From NCBI GenBank assembly GCA_039096225.1, contig JBBPEB010000028.1, positions 806,001 to 870,000 on the forward strand: a DNA stretch of 64,000 nucleotides. The letters run 5' to 3'. The notes beneath the pieces are model-generated. The model was not told the DNA's origin. It did not search any database and saw nothing but the letters and a program-made list of their open reading frames with translations. The DNA is from Blastocystis sp. Blastoise. Taxonomy: Eukaryota; Protista; Bigyra: Opalinata. Of the stretch, positions 1 through 14,268 are shown piece after piece; within the stretch, counting starts at the first letter, position 1; each line of letters begins with the position of its first letter. Position numbers and translations under genes: made by a program.

Positions 1-1214
1 TTCTATTACTATTACTTCTGTGTCTAGAATGTCTTCTTTTAGAATCAACTCTATTATCTCTATATTCTGATCTTTTCTGTATAGTATTATTCTCTTTCTT
101 CTTATCTATATCTATATCACTATCATCATTCTCTCTAGAAGGAGAAGAAGAAGAAGACGATTTTTTATGATTTTTTGAACGATAATCACGGGAATGGTGA
201 TGATGATCTCTTTATATAATATCATATAATAAAAATAATATAATAAAAATAATATAATAAAAATAATAATAAAAATAATAATAAAAATAATATAATAAAA
301 ATAATATAATAAAAATAATATAATAAAAATAACAACCATACCTTTCACTATTTGATTTCTATATAAATATAATAATTATATATATGATTATTTATACATA
401 CAGAAGAATAACTTGTTTTACTGTGCTTATCATTTTCTGATGATTTCAACATATCAGCTGTACTCGTTGAAATACCTACTGGCTTCCCTAATTGCTTTGA
501 TAACTATAATAATAATATAAATAGACATAATAAATGTTATAAACATAATAAATGTTATAAACATAATAATAATAAACATAATAATAAACATAATAATAAT
601 AAACATAATAAATGTTATAAACATAATAAATGTTATAAACATAATAATAAACATAATAATAAACATATATATACGGCTCCATGAGTTGTTTCTTACGTCT
701 TGGATTCTCTAATAGTTTCTTCCTCATTTCAATTTCTTTTCGCTTCATCTCTAACAACGGGTCTTCATGAACACGACGAAAAGCCTCGGTTTCAGAGGAA
801 ACAACTGGAGCATTAGCTATACTGGCACCGGCGATTGAACCATCTTCAAGCTTCGAAAATGTATTTTTATCATCTTTATCAAAATCAACAGCTGCCTTAC
901 CAGTTAAATAATCTTCATCAGTTGGACCTTCTCTCTTATACGTATACATCCATTCTACACACTCTTTCTTATCATCTTCAATATTTCGATCGTGAATAGC
1001 TGTGATCTCCATCAATTGGCGCTCATCTTTTATCTTCTTCTGTAATTCTTTGATTTTCTTCTCTTCAGCTGCCTTCTCTTGCTCTCTTATCCACACAGCC
1101 TCTCTGTTCTATCCAAAATAAACATATAATGACATATAATAAAGAACAACTTACATTTCTATTACCTGGATTCCATTTCTTTTTCGACAAAAACTCTAAA
1201 GGAGTCTTTACCAT
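1..1214 (-). CDS. CWC25: Pre-mRNA splicing factor CWC25-like (3' end outside window)
   Basis: ATG 1214; spliced MVKTPLEFLSKKKWNPGNRN|NREAVWIREQ (Cir1/Cwc25 N-terminal motif), EWMY, DYLTGK, RVHEDPLL; R/S/D/H-rich downstream exons continue to position 1; intron 1 is 1109-1154. Confidence 0.85.
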
Positions 1215-2757
1215 GATCAATATAAATTAAATCTATAATATATTATAATAAAAATTATTTTTTTCCTTAATAAACAAAAAATAAGATATATCGAAATGTT
1301 TTGAATGTTCTCCTGTTTATTTATGTTTGAATAGGTCATTTTTTTAAATATTTCGTGATTCACGAATTTTGTGAATAATTTGTTGTGTATTGATTTTATA
1401 TAAGGAATTGAGGTTTTATTAGATTTGTATTATGTTTGGAATGAATTATATATCAGAAATGAAGAAATTTATGTGGTGATTTTAAATTATTATTTGTATT
1501 ATTAATAGATTAGTAGTTATAAATAGCTGAATGATAAGTAAACATGATTTAAGGAATATTTAATGAATAGAATCTATGATAAAAGTTCATCATTCTTGAA
1601 AATCACAGAAAATAAGCGATTCTTCTCTCTTTAAGTTATTTTCAATTGTTTAGATATATCTCAGATATTATCATAAATAAAATTATAAAAAGAATGTAAA
1701 TAGATAATAAATATTATGAATATAATACTTGTTATAGATTTATAATATTATTTACTTTATATATATATGTATTTTATGTCTTTAAACATTATATTCATAG
1801 AAATCTTCCTATTTTTGTTATTCCATTAGATATTTATCAATAAATAAGATATATATATAAATATATTGTCTATTATATATACATAAAAAAAATATAGTTT
1901 TTCTGTATATTATATTCTGTTGTTCATATTGATATTTATCATATTAATATTATTTATTACATAATAAGAAAACCAAAGATAATATATACATATATATGTT
2001 TATATTAACAATAGGGCTTAATAGAGAGAGAGTTTAAATATATATAAGTATTCATCTTTAATTATGATATATATATAACTCTTAAAAAATATACTTTCAC
2101 TAATACTATTTATTCATCATAAATTTTATTGAATCTATATATAATCATGTATAAATAATCAATAAACATAAATATTTATTTTCATGTCACAACAAAAATA
2201 TATACACATTAAATGAATTATAAAAACAATCTATTTATATCGATTTTCATCATAATTACTTATATAGTATAATTTATATTAATTTATCCACATATTTTAA
2301 GAAATACTGATTGAATAAGAATCCTATTTGAACCATTTCGTTATATAAAAAATCATTTACAGTCATTTCATATCTAGAATCCATCAATACTTTATGAAAT
2401 ACTTTCTTCAATTACACCATAATATCATCTACATAATTAAATGATTCTATTGAAAAATATGCAATATTACGGTAACAATCTTCTTCATTCGATTACAAAG
2501 AGATTGTTATCCTTATATTGCATAAATATATACTAGTGTGAATCCATGTTTTTATTTCTACAATTTTTATAATGACTTAATTACTTATTATAGAACTTGC
2601 GAAACTTTAAAATTTTTAAGAAAATCAAAACAAAAAGTGTTTCGAACTTCTTCATTTGGTTTTCTTTTACATTTATTTACACTTATTATGTAATTTAATA
2701 TCTTATTCAATCTAATTTCAATGAAATTATACTATTTAGAAAGAGAAAAGTTGAGAG

Positions 2758-3513
2758 ATGAGTTCAAGAAATCATGGTTTATCGCATTCACCATCTTACG
2801 AAGATCAGAAACCATATCGTTCATCACACAGAAACAGAGATAGGATGAATGAAAGAATCTATGATTTTGACTTTGATAATTCGTAAGATATTTTCTATTA
2901 AGCGATTCCCTATATGTTTAGAAAAGATAAGCAGATTTCGAAATCGAATAAATATGAAGAAACAGGTCGATATTATAGTGATCGTGGACGATCTCGTTCT
3001 CCTTCGGATCGTTATAGTCGTCATTCCTATGATGTTGATGATCACAGAGATTCTAGATCATCTAGATCTTCTAGACCACATAGAGAGGATCATCAGTCCT
3101 ATAAAGAAGAATCAAAATCAAAATTACCTCAAGTTAAAAAGAACAGTGTATTTTAGATTATACTCTATAGTTATATATAATTATATATTGAATAGGTATT
3201 AGAGAATTTAAAGAAGAAGGCACTTTCGTTAAAAGAAAAACAAGAAACAGGTAAGTGATATTTATATATATATATATTCTTATTTTTTTATATAGAAAAA
3301 CAGAATCAAAAAGAAGTAAATGAGAAGAGTGTATATATTATAAGATGAATATTATTGATATTATATATATATATATAGTTAGTGAAATCCCATGTTTGGT
3401 CTTCTGATGAAGATGTGACGAACAGTGTGTCACCAAATATATGCACAAATAATAATAATAATAATAATAATAGTGTTTCACCTTGTACTCCTTTAGGTAT
3501 ATATATATATGAT

Positions 3514-3548
<35 letters not shown>

Positions 3549-5339
3549 GTATATAGAAGATGGAAAGAAGAAGACTCCTCGATGGATGAGTGATGATGGT
3601 ATATATATATATATAGTTAATATATAATAATAATATGATTATATATATATATAGAAGAAGAAGAAGATCAAGAAGAGATATCCTTTCAAAAGGTAATCAT
3701 AATAATAATATATATATATATAATGAATATAGAGAGTATCTCCAAAATCTGTGTCTCCATCTGTGTCTCTGACTCCTCAAGATCCCTCAAATACTATTTC
3801 TATAAATAAAATGGATATAAATACACAAGAAGAAGAAAAAGAAGAAGAAGAAGAAAAGACTGTTTCACCTATTGTTGAATGTATTCTATATATAATAATA
3901 TGATACTCTATTTAATAATATTATCATTATATATATAGCACTTAAAATAATAGAACCAATAAATCCAGATGTATATATACATATATATAGATATTATCTA
4001 TGTATGTATATATATAGGGATGTCGTAATATAAGTGTATATTCCAAGATTCAGAGGTTAGGAGAGGGTACTTATGGCGTTGTATATAAAGCAAAGAATAA
4101 TATCACACAAGAAATTGTCGCTCTTAAAAAGATTAAAATAAATCCATCGACAACATCTGCTTCTGGTTTTCCCATTACAGCACTTCGAGAAGTGAATTGT
4201 ATATATATACTATTATATATATATATTACTCTCTATCTCTATATCTGTAGATATAATATTATATATATAAATTACTGTCTATCTCTCTTTATATGTATCT
4301 ATATATATAGTATTATTATCATTGCATCATCCCAATATAATTCCCGTGAAAGAGATGGTGATAGACCCTCATCCCCCAATGACGACGTATATGGTCATGG
4401 AATATCTGCCACTTGATATGGTCAAAGTCATGTTCACGAAGATGCACGTGCCTTTCAGCCAATCAGAAGTGAAATGCTTATTATATCAATTATTACAAGG
4501 AGTAGAATATATGCATTCTAAATGGATTATACATAGAGATCTAAAATTGAGTAATTTATTATATAATAATGGTCAACTCTCTATTTGTGATTTTGGTTTG
4601 GCGCGTATTTATTCGGATCCCCTCGAGTTATATACGCAGCAGGTCGTGTCACTCGGATATAGAGCACCTGAATTACTAGTAAACCCCCGGGAATCTAAAG
4701 TTTTATATGATGATAAATTAGATATGTGGAGTGTAGGATGTATATTTTATGAGTTATTAACTCGAACTCCATTTGTGTCTCTAAAACAGGGAAACGGAGA
4801 AATGGAAGCACTTATTAAAATTATTAAACAAATTGGCTATCCACCTCCTGAATATGATGGTTTTAAGAATACTTGTTGGAATAATGAATTAAATAAAGTG
4901 AAAAATGTGAGAAGTAACTTACGAACTGTATTACCTGCTATTGCTATTGCTGTATATATATATAATATATATATATATATTTTAATACACATTCCCATGA
5001 TTATATAGTCACCTGTATATTTATCAGAACAAGGAATGGATTTATTACTAAAATTATTAGCGTGGGATCCAAAACAGAGAATAACCGCGGAAGAAGCACT
5101 TCAACATCCTTATTTTCAAGAAAAACCCTTTATGATTGTATATATATATATTTATTCAACTTATTATAGTTATTATACTTATTATTCAACTTATTATTCT
5201 ACTTATTATTCTACATATACTTATTATTCTATAGTCGAAAGAGGCTATGCCACATTTTGAAATGACATCAAATGACACACCAGAGAAAACAACAACAAAA
5301 GAAGATCTTAAGCAACTGGCAGACTTATTAAAGAAATAA
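2758..5339 (+). CDS. CDK11/CDK10-like (PITSLRE-family) cyclin-dependent kinase, multi-exon
   Basis: RS/RD-rich N-terminus and acidic stretch, then GEGTYGVVYKA, VALKK, GFPITALRE, HRDLKLSNLL, CDFGLAR, YRAPELL; stop TAA 5337-5339. Confidence 0.88.
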
Positions 5340-5641
5340 TATATAAATATATTCTTTATCTAAATAATCGTGTTGTTTTCATTCAATAATATTTTGTTTT
5401 TCATCTATTTATAGTATATAGTATATTTCTAAAAATTTATTTTACATTTTATAAAAAAACTTAATATTCTATTTAAACAAAACAACTGAAGAAAATGAGA
5501 ACAAATATATATATAGAAACACAGTCAATATATTATATATAACAAGAAAAAGAATTATGAATTATTGAAAAAAAATAAATAAATTAGAAAAAATAAAAAA
5601 AAGAGTGAATTTGAAAAAATATATGCTTATTATAAAACCAT

Positions 5642-8001
5642 TTAGGCTTCTACAGTTTCTTTCTCTTTCTTTTCCTTCTTCTTCTTCTTTTCTTCACCAT
5701 CTTCACCTTCTTTCTTTTCCTTTTTCTCTTTCTTTTCTTTCTTCTTCTTCTTTTCTTCTCCATCCTCACCTTCTTTCTTCTCTTTCTTTTCCTTTTTCTC
5801 TTTCTTTTCTTTCTTATCCTTCTTCTTAGCAAATAAAGCATCAAGAGCATTAGCAGCTATAGCAGCTTCATCTATATTCTCTACTTTCAACTGCTTCTTC
5901 TTCGTATATTTAATTTGAGATGCATTATCTTCATCATCAGAATCTTCTAAGCTATCAAGTAATGATTTCTTATATTCTTCATATCCTCCTTCAATAAAGC
6001 TAACTGTTTGATTATCCATTAACCACATTTCACAATTAGTGACCATTAATAAACGAGCATCATGAGATACCAATAACACCCCCCCTTCAAATGTACGAAG
6101 AGCCTCACCTAAAGCATCAATAGACTCTATATCTCTATATATAGAGAGATTAAAATAAATATAATAATAATAATAATATAAAATATATTATATATATATA
6201 CAAATGATTTGTAGGTTCATCTAATAATAGAATATGAGGACGAGATAAAGATATCTCAGCGAATGTAACACGTGACTTTTGACCACCAGATAAGCTTTGA
6301 ATCTTAATTGTATGTGCATGTCCCTCTAAACCATAACGACCAAGTAAATTACGAATATCTTGATAAGATTGTTCTGGATAACGAGATTGAAGGTATTCAA
6401 CAGCAGATACATCCATAGGTAATTTATCTACGAAATGTTGATTATATATACCAAGTCTTAATTTGCTATTAATACGTACTTCGCCCTCTAAAGGATGGAG
6501 ATCTCCCGTGATTAATTTCAATAAAGTACTTTTACCTATACCATTTGGACCTACAATACTGATTCTACTTGACATGTTTAAGCCGAAATCAACATTTTTC
6601 AGTAGGATCTTTTCAGGTGAATAACCAAATGTCACGTTTTCAACTGAAATAATCGGAGGACGTAATTCATCACAAGGAGGGAATGAGAATTCCACAATAT
6701 ATTCTGAGGGTCTTTCTAGTAATTGTGTAGCATCATCCTGTTCTTCTGTCCATTCCCCCATACCATTCTTCTTACTCTTCTTTCCTGCATCTTTCTCTCT
6801 TCTCTTCGTGACATTCTTCTCAGCGGCTTCTTTCGATTTACCTGCTAACTTCGCTTTCTTTAACTCTTTCTGTTGTTCCTGCCAAGCTTTATATGATTCA
6901 GCTTTCTTCTGAACTTCCATCTTCTTAAATGTATAATAATCACCTTTATAATAATTCAATTTCTTCATATCTAAATGTATAATAGATTCACAAACAGAAG
7001 ATAAGAACTCCTGATCATGTGATACTACTAATAAAGTAGACTTCCATTTCTGTAAATAATTATCCAACCAAATAACCTATAAAATATATTATATAATATT
7101 ATATAATAATAACATAATATATAATAAAGAATAGTATATAATACTATATACAGCATTAAGATCAAGGTGATTTGTGGGCTCATCCAATAATAATAAATCA
7201 GGTTGTAAAAACAGAGCACGTGCCAAAGATATTCTCATTCTCCAACCACCACTAAATGACTTCGTAGGCATCTGCTGCATATCCGGAGTAAATCCAAGAC
7301 CAGCTAATATTCTTCTAGCTCTAGGTTCAGCATTATGTAATCCTAAGAAATTAATCTCTTTTTCTAAATCACGATATTCTTCCATCTATATATAAATCAA
7401 ATAAAAATAAATATATAATACTAAATAAATAAAAATAAATATTAAAAAAATATACCAATATAAAAAACATATAATAATAAATAAATAAATATGAATATAA
7501 AAAATATATAAATTAAATAAAAAATAAAATAAATACGATTTTATCGGATTCTTCAAGACTCATTTCTTCTAAAGCATTTTCATCTTCAACAATTGCTTGA
7601 AGTTCTTTTTCTCTTTTTAAAAGATTTGTTCTTTTTTGATCAGCTTTAAGGACAGCTTTAATAGCAGGAGTATCATCAGCTACAATTTCTTGTTCCACAT
7701 AAAGAATTTCAATATTTGGAGGAATTGATAACTCACGACTAGCAATCATCTTCAAAAGAGTTGATTTACCTTGACCATTAGGACCTACTAAACCATATTT
7801 CTTACCATAAGCAATCTTTAATTCTGCATTCACAAACAGAGGTTTGCCTTTAGCAGCGATATTGATTTTATCAATATGAATATCTTTGCTATTGATCCAA
7901 TTGACATCATTCTTGTTTTGAGGTTGTTGAGAACAAGTGAATTGATCAGGAGCAGCACCACCCCAATCTTTATCTTCATGAAATTCATCAGCAGATTGCA
8001 T
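5642..8001 (-). CDS. ABC-F family ATPase (ABCF1/GCN20-like) with KE-rich C-terminal tail
   Basis: Two ABC domains: [30 protein letters not shown]; [25 protein letters not shown]; no transmembrane segments; exact start uncertain. Confidence 0.93.
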
Positions 8002-8295
8002 ATTTCTTTATTTTAAAAGAACGACAAGAAAAAACAAAACTGCTTTATTTTCCATGGTTATTAACAAATAGACAAAAGTATTTCTCTGATTTCTTGGGAA
8101 ACAGCAAAGAAATGAAAAATTTTCAGAAATTTGTTTTGTTCTTCTTTTTCGAGCAACTCGATATGATTTAAATTTGATCACATATATAGTGAATAGAAAC
8201 CTAGATTCAGTGAATAATTCATTTTTTCCATTATTAGAAAGTTTAATTGATTATTTAAACACAAAAATAAATAGTAATTAGTGTATTAGTTACAA

Positions 8296-9548
8296 ATGAG
8301 TGACTCTGATTCTGATGATATATCGTTATTTGTATCGAAGAAGAAAGATTCATTAGTAAAGAAAGGTATTTATTTCATTAATGCTTGAATCTCTTTATTT
8401 TTCTATGTTTTTTCATTTTTTTTCTTTTTAGCTAATGAATTAACAACTATAAATATATCGAGTGATGACTCTGATAGTGAAGAGAACTCTTCATTCTACT
8501 CTTCAAAACGAAGAAAACAATCTGAAGGTGATGAAAATTTCTTGGATGCCGACACAACTCAGAATCCAAGTCAATCTGGTGATACACAAATGAATAGTAT
8601 TTTTTTTATAGACCAAAATAATTTATTATTTATTTTTTTATGTTCTTTTATATATTATTTTATATGTCTATATATATAGAGTCAAGTACAGCTAGTGATA
8701 TTGATGTCGAGCAGATTTTAAAAGAGAGCAAAGCGTCTGCGTTAACAAATATGTCTAAAGATTCTATAGAAATGCTCAATAAAATTGTTCTTTTAAAGTA
8801 ATTCTTTTATTATATATAGTTTACATATTTATGAATATTTTCAATATAAATATATATATATTAATTTTATAGACAGATAACATCAAAAACGAATGAATTA
8901 TGTGAGAATATTACTAGAACGATGGATTCCCAGGAGAATAATATTAGTCCAATCATAGATATAGATAGAGAAGAAATTCCTGAGTTGAAACAACTTCAAG
9001 AAGAAGAAGAAGAAGAAGAAGATCTTAATGTTATTAATAATATAGATGTATATATATATATTATATATTATATATTATATACTATTATTATTATTATTAT
9101 ATATAGGTAGAGAAGTCAGTAGATGCAGAATTAGATGCATTTGATAAACAGATATATGATCAAGTAGATAAAACTTATTCCACTTCTCTTGCTTCTCTTC
9201 CTATAAATACATCTAGTTCAACTACAAAGGAACCTGAGATTCCCACGGGACTACCTGGACAAATATATATTAAATTGAGATACAATGAAGATGATTCTCA
9301 AAAAGAAAACTTCTTCTTATTTCCTGTATATATATATATTTATTATTTCTGTATATAACATATATTTTTTATATTTATCCAATTAAATATTATTAAAATA
9401 TACTAAATATATATATATACTTTAGTCAGATACTTTTGAAATAGTATTTCAACATATTCAAACGACAAAGAACGTTGATAACGTTAAACTTCTCTTTGAT
9501 GGCGACGAACTGTCTCCATCAGATACTCCTCAAGTATCTATATATATA

Positions 9549-9600
<52 letters not shown>

Positions 9601-10277
9601 GGATCTTGATATAGAAGGAGAAGAATTAATTGATGTTCAATGTCAATCACAAGTATATATATACATTATATATATATATCTATATATACCTATGTTTATT
9701 CTATAGTCCCTCGATCCTTTCTCTTCTCTTCCTTCTCCTTCTTCTATTACTACGTATATAGAGTCATCTATAGCATCCTATATAACCAATAAACAAAAAC
9801 TTATTACTATCACTCTTAATATTGGAAATATACAAACAGATATACAAATACCCAAAGTATATATATATATATTTATACTTTTTCCTAATATTTGTTATTA
9901 TTCTTTGTTTTCTATTTTTTTAAATATATGCTTATCATTTATTTTTATTTCTCTATATATACATATATAACATTATAATATTATATATATATATAGGATT
10001 TAGATGCTACTGTACTTTATACCTCTATATGTAACTGTCTCCATTGGGAAAACTGTCTACTTACTATTCATAATCATAAACTAAAAAAAGATATTCCTAT
10101 TGATGTATATATATTTATTTATTTATTTATTTATTATACTTTATTTATTATATATTATTTTTTATATATCTCTCTATATATTTCTTATCTATTATCTTTA
10201 TTATATAGAAACAAAAAGTAAAACATAAATCTCTTCTTATGGTCTCTTATGAAAAAACGAAACAAAAATCATCATAA
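8296..10277 (+). CDS. Rad60/Esc2/NIP45-like protein with C-terminal SUMO-like domains
   Basis: Acidic low-complexity N-terminus; spliced IYIKLRY...VKLLFDGDELSPSDTPQ|DLDIEGEELIDV matches the SUMO-like domain pattern; a second Ubl-sized segment follows; stop TAA 10275-10277. Confidence 0.7.
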
Positions 10278-11329
10278 CAAATATTAGTATAATATATATA
10301 ATAGCCTATAATGGAAATAATTGAATTTATTTTCTATTTTTCATGGTGAGAAATTCTGATAAACTAATGATTTCAAAGAAGAAAAAGGAATTCTGTTTAT
10401 TACCATTTAGTATATTTTTTGATTAATTATTCCTTTCAAAGGCATAAATTTATATATGTTTTAGCTTTTGATATAGAATATATCATAATTTAATTGTTTA
10501 TTTAGTTCGCTTTGTATATTTCAATGGATTTTGTTTGTTTTTGTTTAAAAAAATAGAAAAGAAATTCTCAACAATTTATTGAAACGATTTATATCATTAA
10601 TTCAAGTATTAAACTATAAATTACTTGGTACTAATTAAATAAATTATAGAAAAGAGTATTTTAAGGGTTATTTATTAAGGAATCGGATATATGAATTGTG
10701 TAGCATACATTATTTAATTACAATTATATAAATTATTATGTTTTCTTAAAAACTTATGATACAGTAAGTGTAAAAAGGGTCAAATTATTTTATATTATCT
10801 CTGTTTTGATAGATCTCTTAACTCTTTTTATATTCTATTATATGGCATTGTATATTATGTATTAAATAATATTAAAAAAAAAGAGTGTGAAAATAATAAA
10901 TATGATAAAAATATGACCAAAAAATCTAAAACACTGACCTTTTCTTTAACTTACTGTATACTATTCTTTCTATTTTCATCTTAAAAAAAAAGTATATTTA
11001 ATATTCAGCAATATTAAATAAAATATAATATTGTATTTGGTAATTTCATGAGATATTTCACATCATATAGGGAAAACTCTACTATAATAACAAACGACAA
11101 TTGGAAAAAGAAAAAAAATAATGAAGTATACTGTTATAATAAATAGCATGAAAAAAAATAATATATGACTGCCCTTAATGAGTTGATAATAAAAGAAAAC
11201 ATATGATATAATAAGAAATTAAAAACCAAAAAAAGAAAAGAAATCAGGAATAAGAAACAGTAGAAATATATATATATAAAAGTAAACAATGACCTCTCCC
11301 AATGAATAAAAGTAATATTTTCTTATCCT

Positions 11330-12916
11330 TTAGTCAATAGAATTTTTATATAGAGGTCCTGTATATTCGTCTAATTCTTTAACAATATCAGCCGCAGAAG
11401 GTCTTTCTTCAGGATTAAAAGATAAACATTTCTGGAATAAATTATATAATACTATAGATATAGATATATAATAATAAGTATCATAGATAGAATTAAGAAT
11501 AATAATATATTAATATAGTTCGATAATATATAGAATCAGATGAATACTTGGATTCAGAAAACTATTCACTTCAACTTCATAAGATGGATTTCTTTTATAA
11601 GTTCTACACTATATATATATATATATAATAAACAATGATAACAGTATGATATAGATCTATATACTGTTGCCTCATCACCAAATAATTTTTTTGCTAAATC
11701 ACATTTAGTCATAATATAATAGCCAACTAAACCTAATGAGAATATATCACATTTATTTGTAATCAAACTATTTTTAATAAACATTTCTGGAGCAGCACTA
11801 TATATATATATATAATACACAAAAGAATGCAAAAAATATTATCAAACAATAATAATTAAAAATATATTGAAGAAAGAAGAATATAAAAATAATAAAAAAT
11901 ATATATATATATACAAAGGTAATGTACCACAAAGAGTAAAATCATTAGGAGCAACTTTTTCTTCTATAACACGTGACAATCCAAAATCTCCCAAAACAGG
12001 TTTATTATTTTCATCCATAAAAATATTTTCAGGCTATAATAACAGTCATAAAGTTATATATATATATATATATAATACTTTAATATCTCTATGATAAACA
12101 TGGTTTTCATGAATAAAAGCCACAGCACTGGCAACTTGTTTAAATATATCACAGAATAATGTTGTATCTTTTTCCACATCTCTATATACAAAGATATGAA
12201 TATGTGAATATATATATATATATATACTTTGTGGTATTCTTCATATATTTATCAAGATTTCCATTTTGTGCTAATTGTGTAACTAGCAGGATGTTGTCTT
12301 TATGTTCAATTATTCCGTATAACTATATATATATATAGTTATATATTACATAGTAATATATATACCTGAAGAACTCCTTTATTATTTCCTCTATTATTTA
12401 ATAATGTCATTGCTTCCACTTCACGACTTATATATTTTCGTGAATCACCCTTATCCTTTTTAATTTGTTTTATACAAACAGGAAAATTGTAATAATGACT
12501 ATAGTAATAATAAAGCATAACATGGTTATATTATGATAAAATTATTATCAGTATATATTACTCTATATATACATACGATTTAAAGCAAGTTCCATACTTT
12601 CCATTTCCCAGAAAGTTAGGATTATGTTCATTATCTGGAACATAATTAAGTGGATCCACGATTCTGGGGGTAAAATCATTACCATTAAGAAGATTTACTA
12701 TATATATTACATTTATATAAATACTACTATTCATAAACAGTTATAAATATATACCTTTTCTAAATATATTTGGAATAGTTAACAACTAGTAAGACGTATA
12801 TATATATAATGATATATATACAAATAAAGATGGTATTTCTTCACTAGAATTTCAATAAAATCACGGATTTGAGAAATGGTTAAATCCTATAAGACAAGAA
12901 TAATCATTATACGCTA

Positions 12917-12978
<62 letters not shown>

Positions 12979-13430
12979 GATTAAATGTTTCCATAATAGA
13001 CTCTCCTAAAACGCCAATAGAATTAATCCAATAATATTGAAGATTCATTAAGTATGAAGCATGTGGCATTAATCGAATAGAAGGAGCTGTGTCAGGATAT
13101 GAGCTCTTAGACATTATCATTTCTATGCTGACTGCATCAGGGTCATATCCTTGAATGCACATATCAAAAATTATATGTATCATATCACTGTTGCTGTCAT
13201 CTTGATATAAAAAAATAGAAATGTAATTGCATTAAATAATATACCTTGAAATATTTGAGCAACTCTTATCAGATTTGTTAGCATTGCAGTATTGAGCTGT
13301 TCAACTAGATGGTATCTCTATATACGTATATATTAAACATCGCACATTGATTCTATACTTGGTTGAGTGTAAAATCAGACAAATATCTAACCGCATTTTC
13401 ATACCCAATCTCGTAATTATTATTATTCAT
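11330..13430 (-). CDS. Ser/Thr protein kinase with N-terminal UEV/RWD-like domain
   Basis: Spliced kinase motifs GNGKYG, VCIKQI, HRDIK|PENI, GDFGLSR, CGTLP|FAAPE, CDIFSLG, PEERPSA; N-terminal YPDTAP motif; ATG 13430, TAA 11330-11332. Confidence 0.8.
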
Positions 13431-14268
13431 AATGTGTTCTTATCTAAAATGAATTTTTAAATAAATAATGACTAAAAAGAAAAATGAAAACCATCTTAGT
13501 TAAAGACCGACTTAAAGTCCCTATTTGAAGATATCCTGAAAACCGTGATTTTCATAAATTTTTCAGTGACTCTTTTTTGATCATTTTCTTTAAATACTAG
13601 CTTTTTAAAGACTTTATATACATCAATAAAGTGCACAGTGTTTAGAATTAAGAAGATATAAAAGTATAGTTTTTTTTGTCATAATTGGTTAGTTTAAATA
13701 TGTTATTTATATAAGGTTATTAAAAGTGTTTGAAATGGTATTCTAGATGAAATGAGCTTAGAAAAGAAATCTTAAAAAACAACAAATTCGTAAATGAATA
13801 TGAAATAGTCTTCTTATTTTGTTCAGTCTTGTCTGTCTAAGATACCTTATAAATAACATATATAATGACAAAGATTTTAAATACAAGATAAATAAGTATG
13901 ATAAATACTTGATTTTGCTTCATTTAAGCATGAAAAATAGAAGAATTCTCTTTTTTTAGGCTTATATCACTAGGATATTTTGTTCGTTCTATATATTCAT
14001 CTTTATAAATATCTATAAAAACTCTAAAAGTGAAATATCGAACATTTCTTACTGAAGTGTTACAAGAACATGGAGTCTTTCTAAATGAATTAATCCTTTT
14101 CTATCACACCTATACTAGTCGACACAAAGATATGGTAACAATATACATGGAAATATGAGAAAATAATTCATTTTATTTATAATCATAAATAAATGAGAAT
14201 TGAGAAGTATAATTTGCATTTTTTTACGGGAAAAACATTTCACATCAACATTTTAAGTTACTCTAAAA

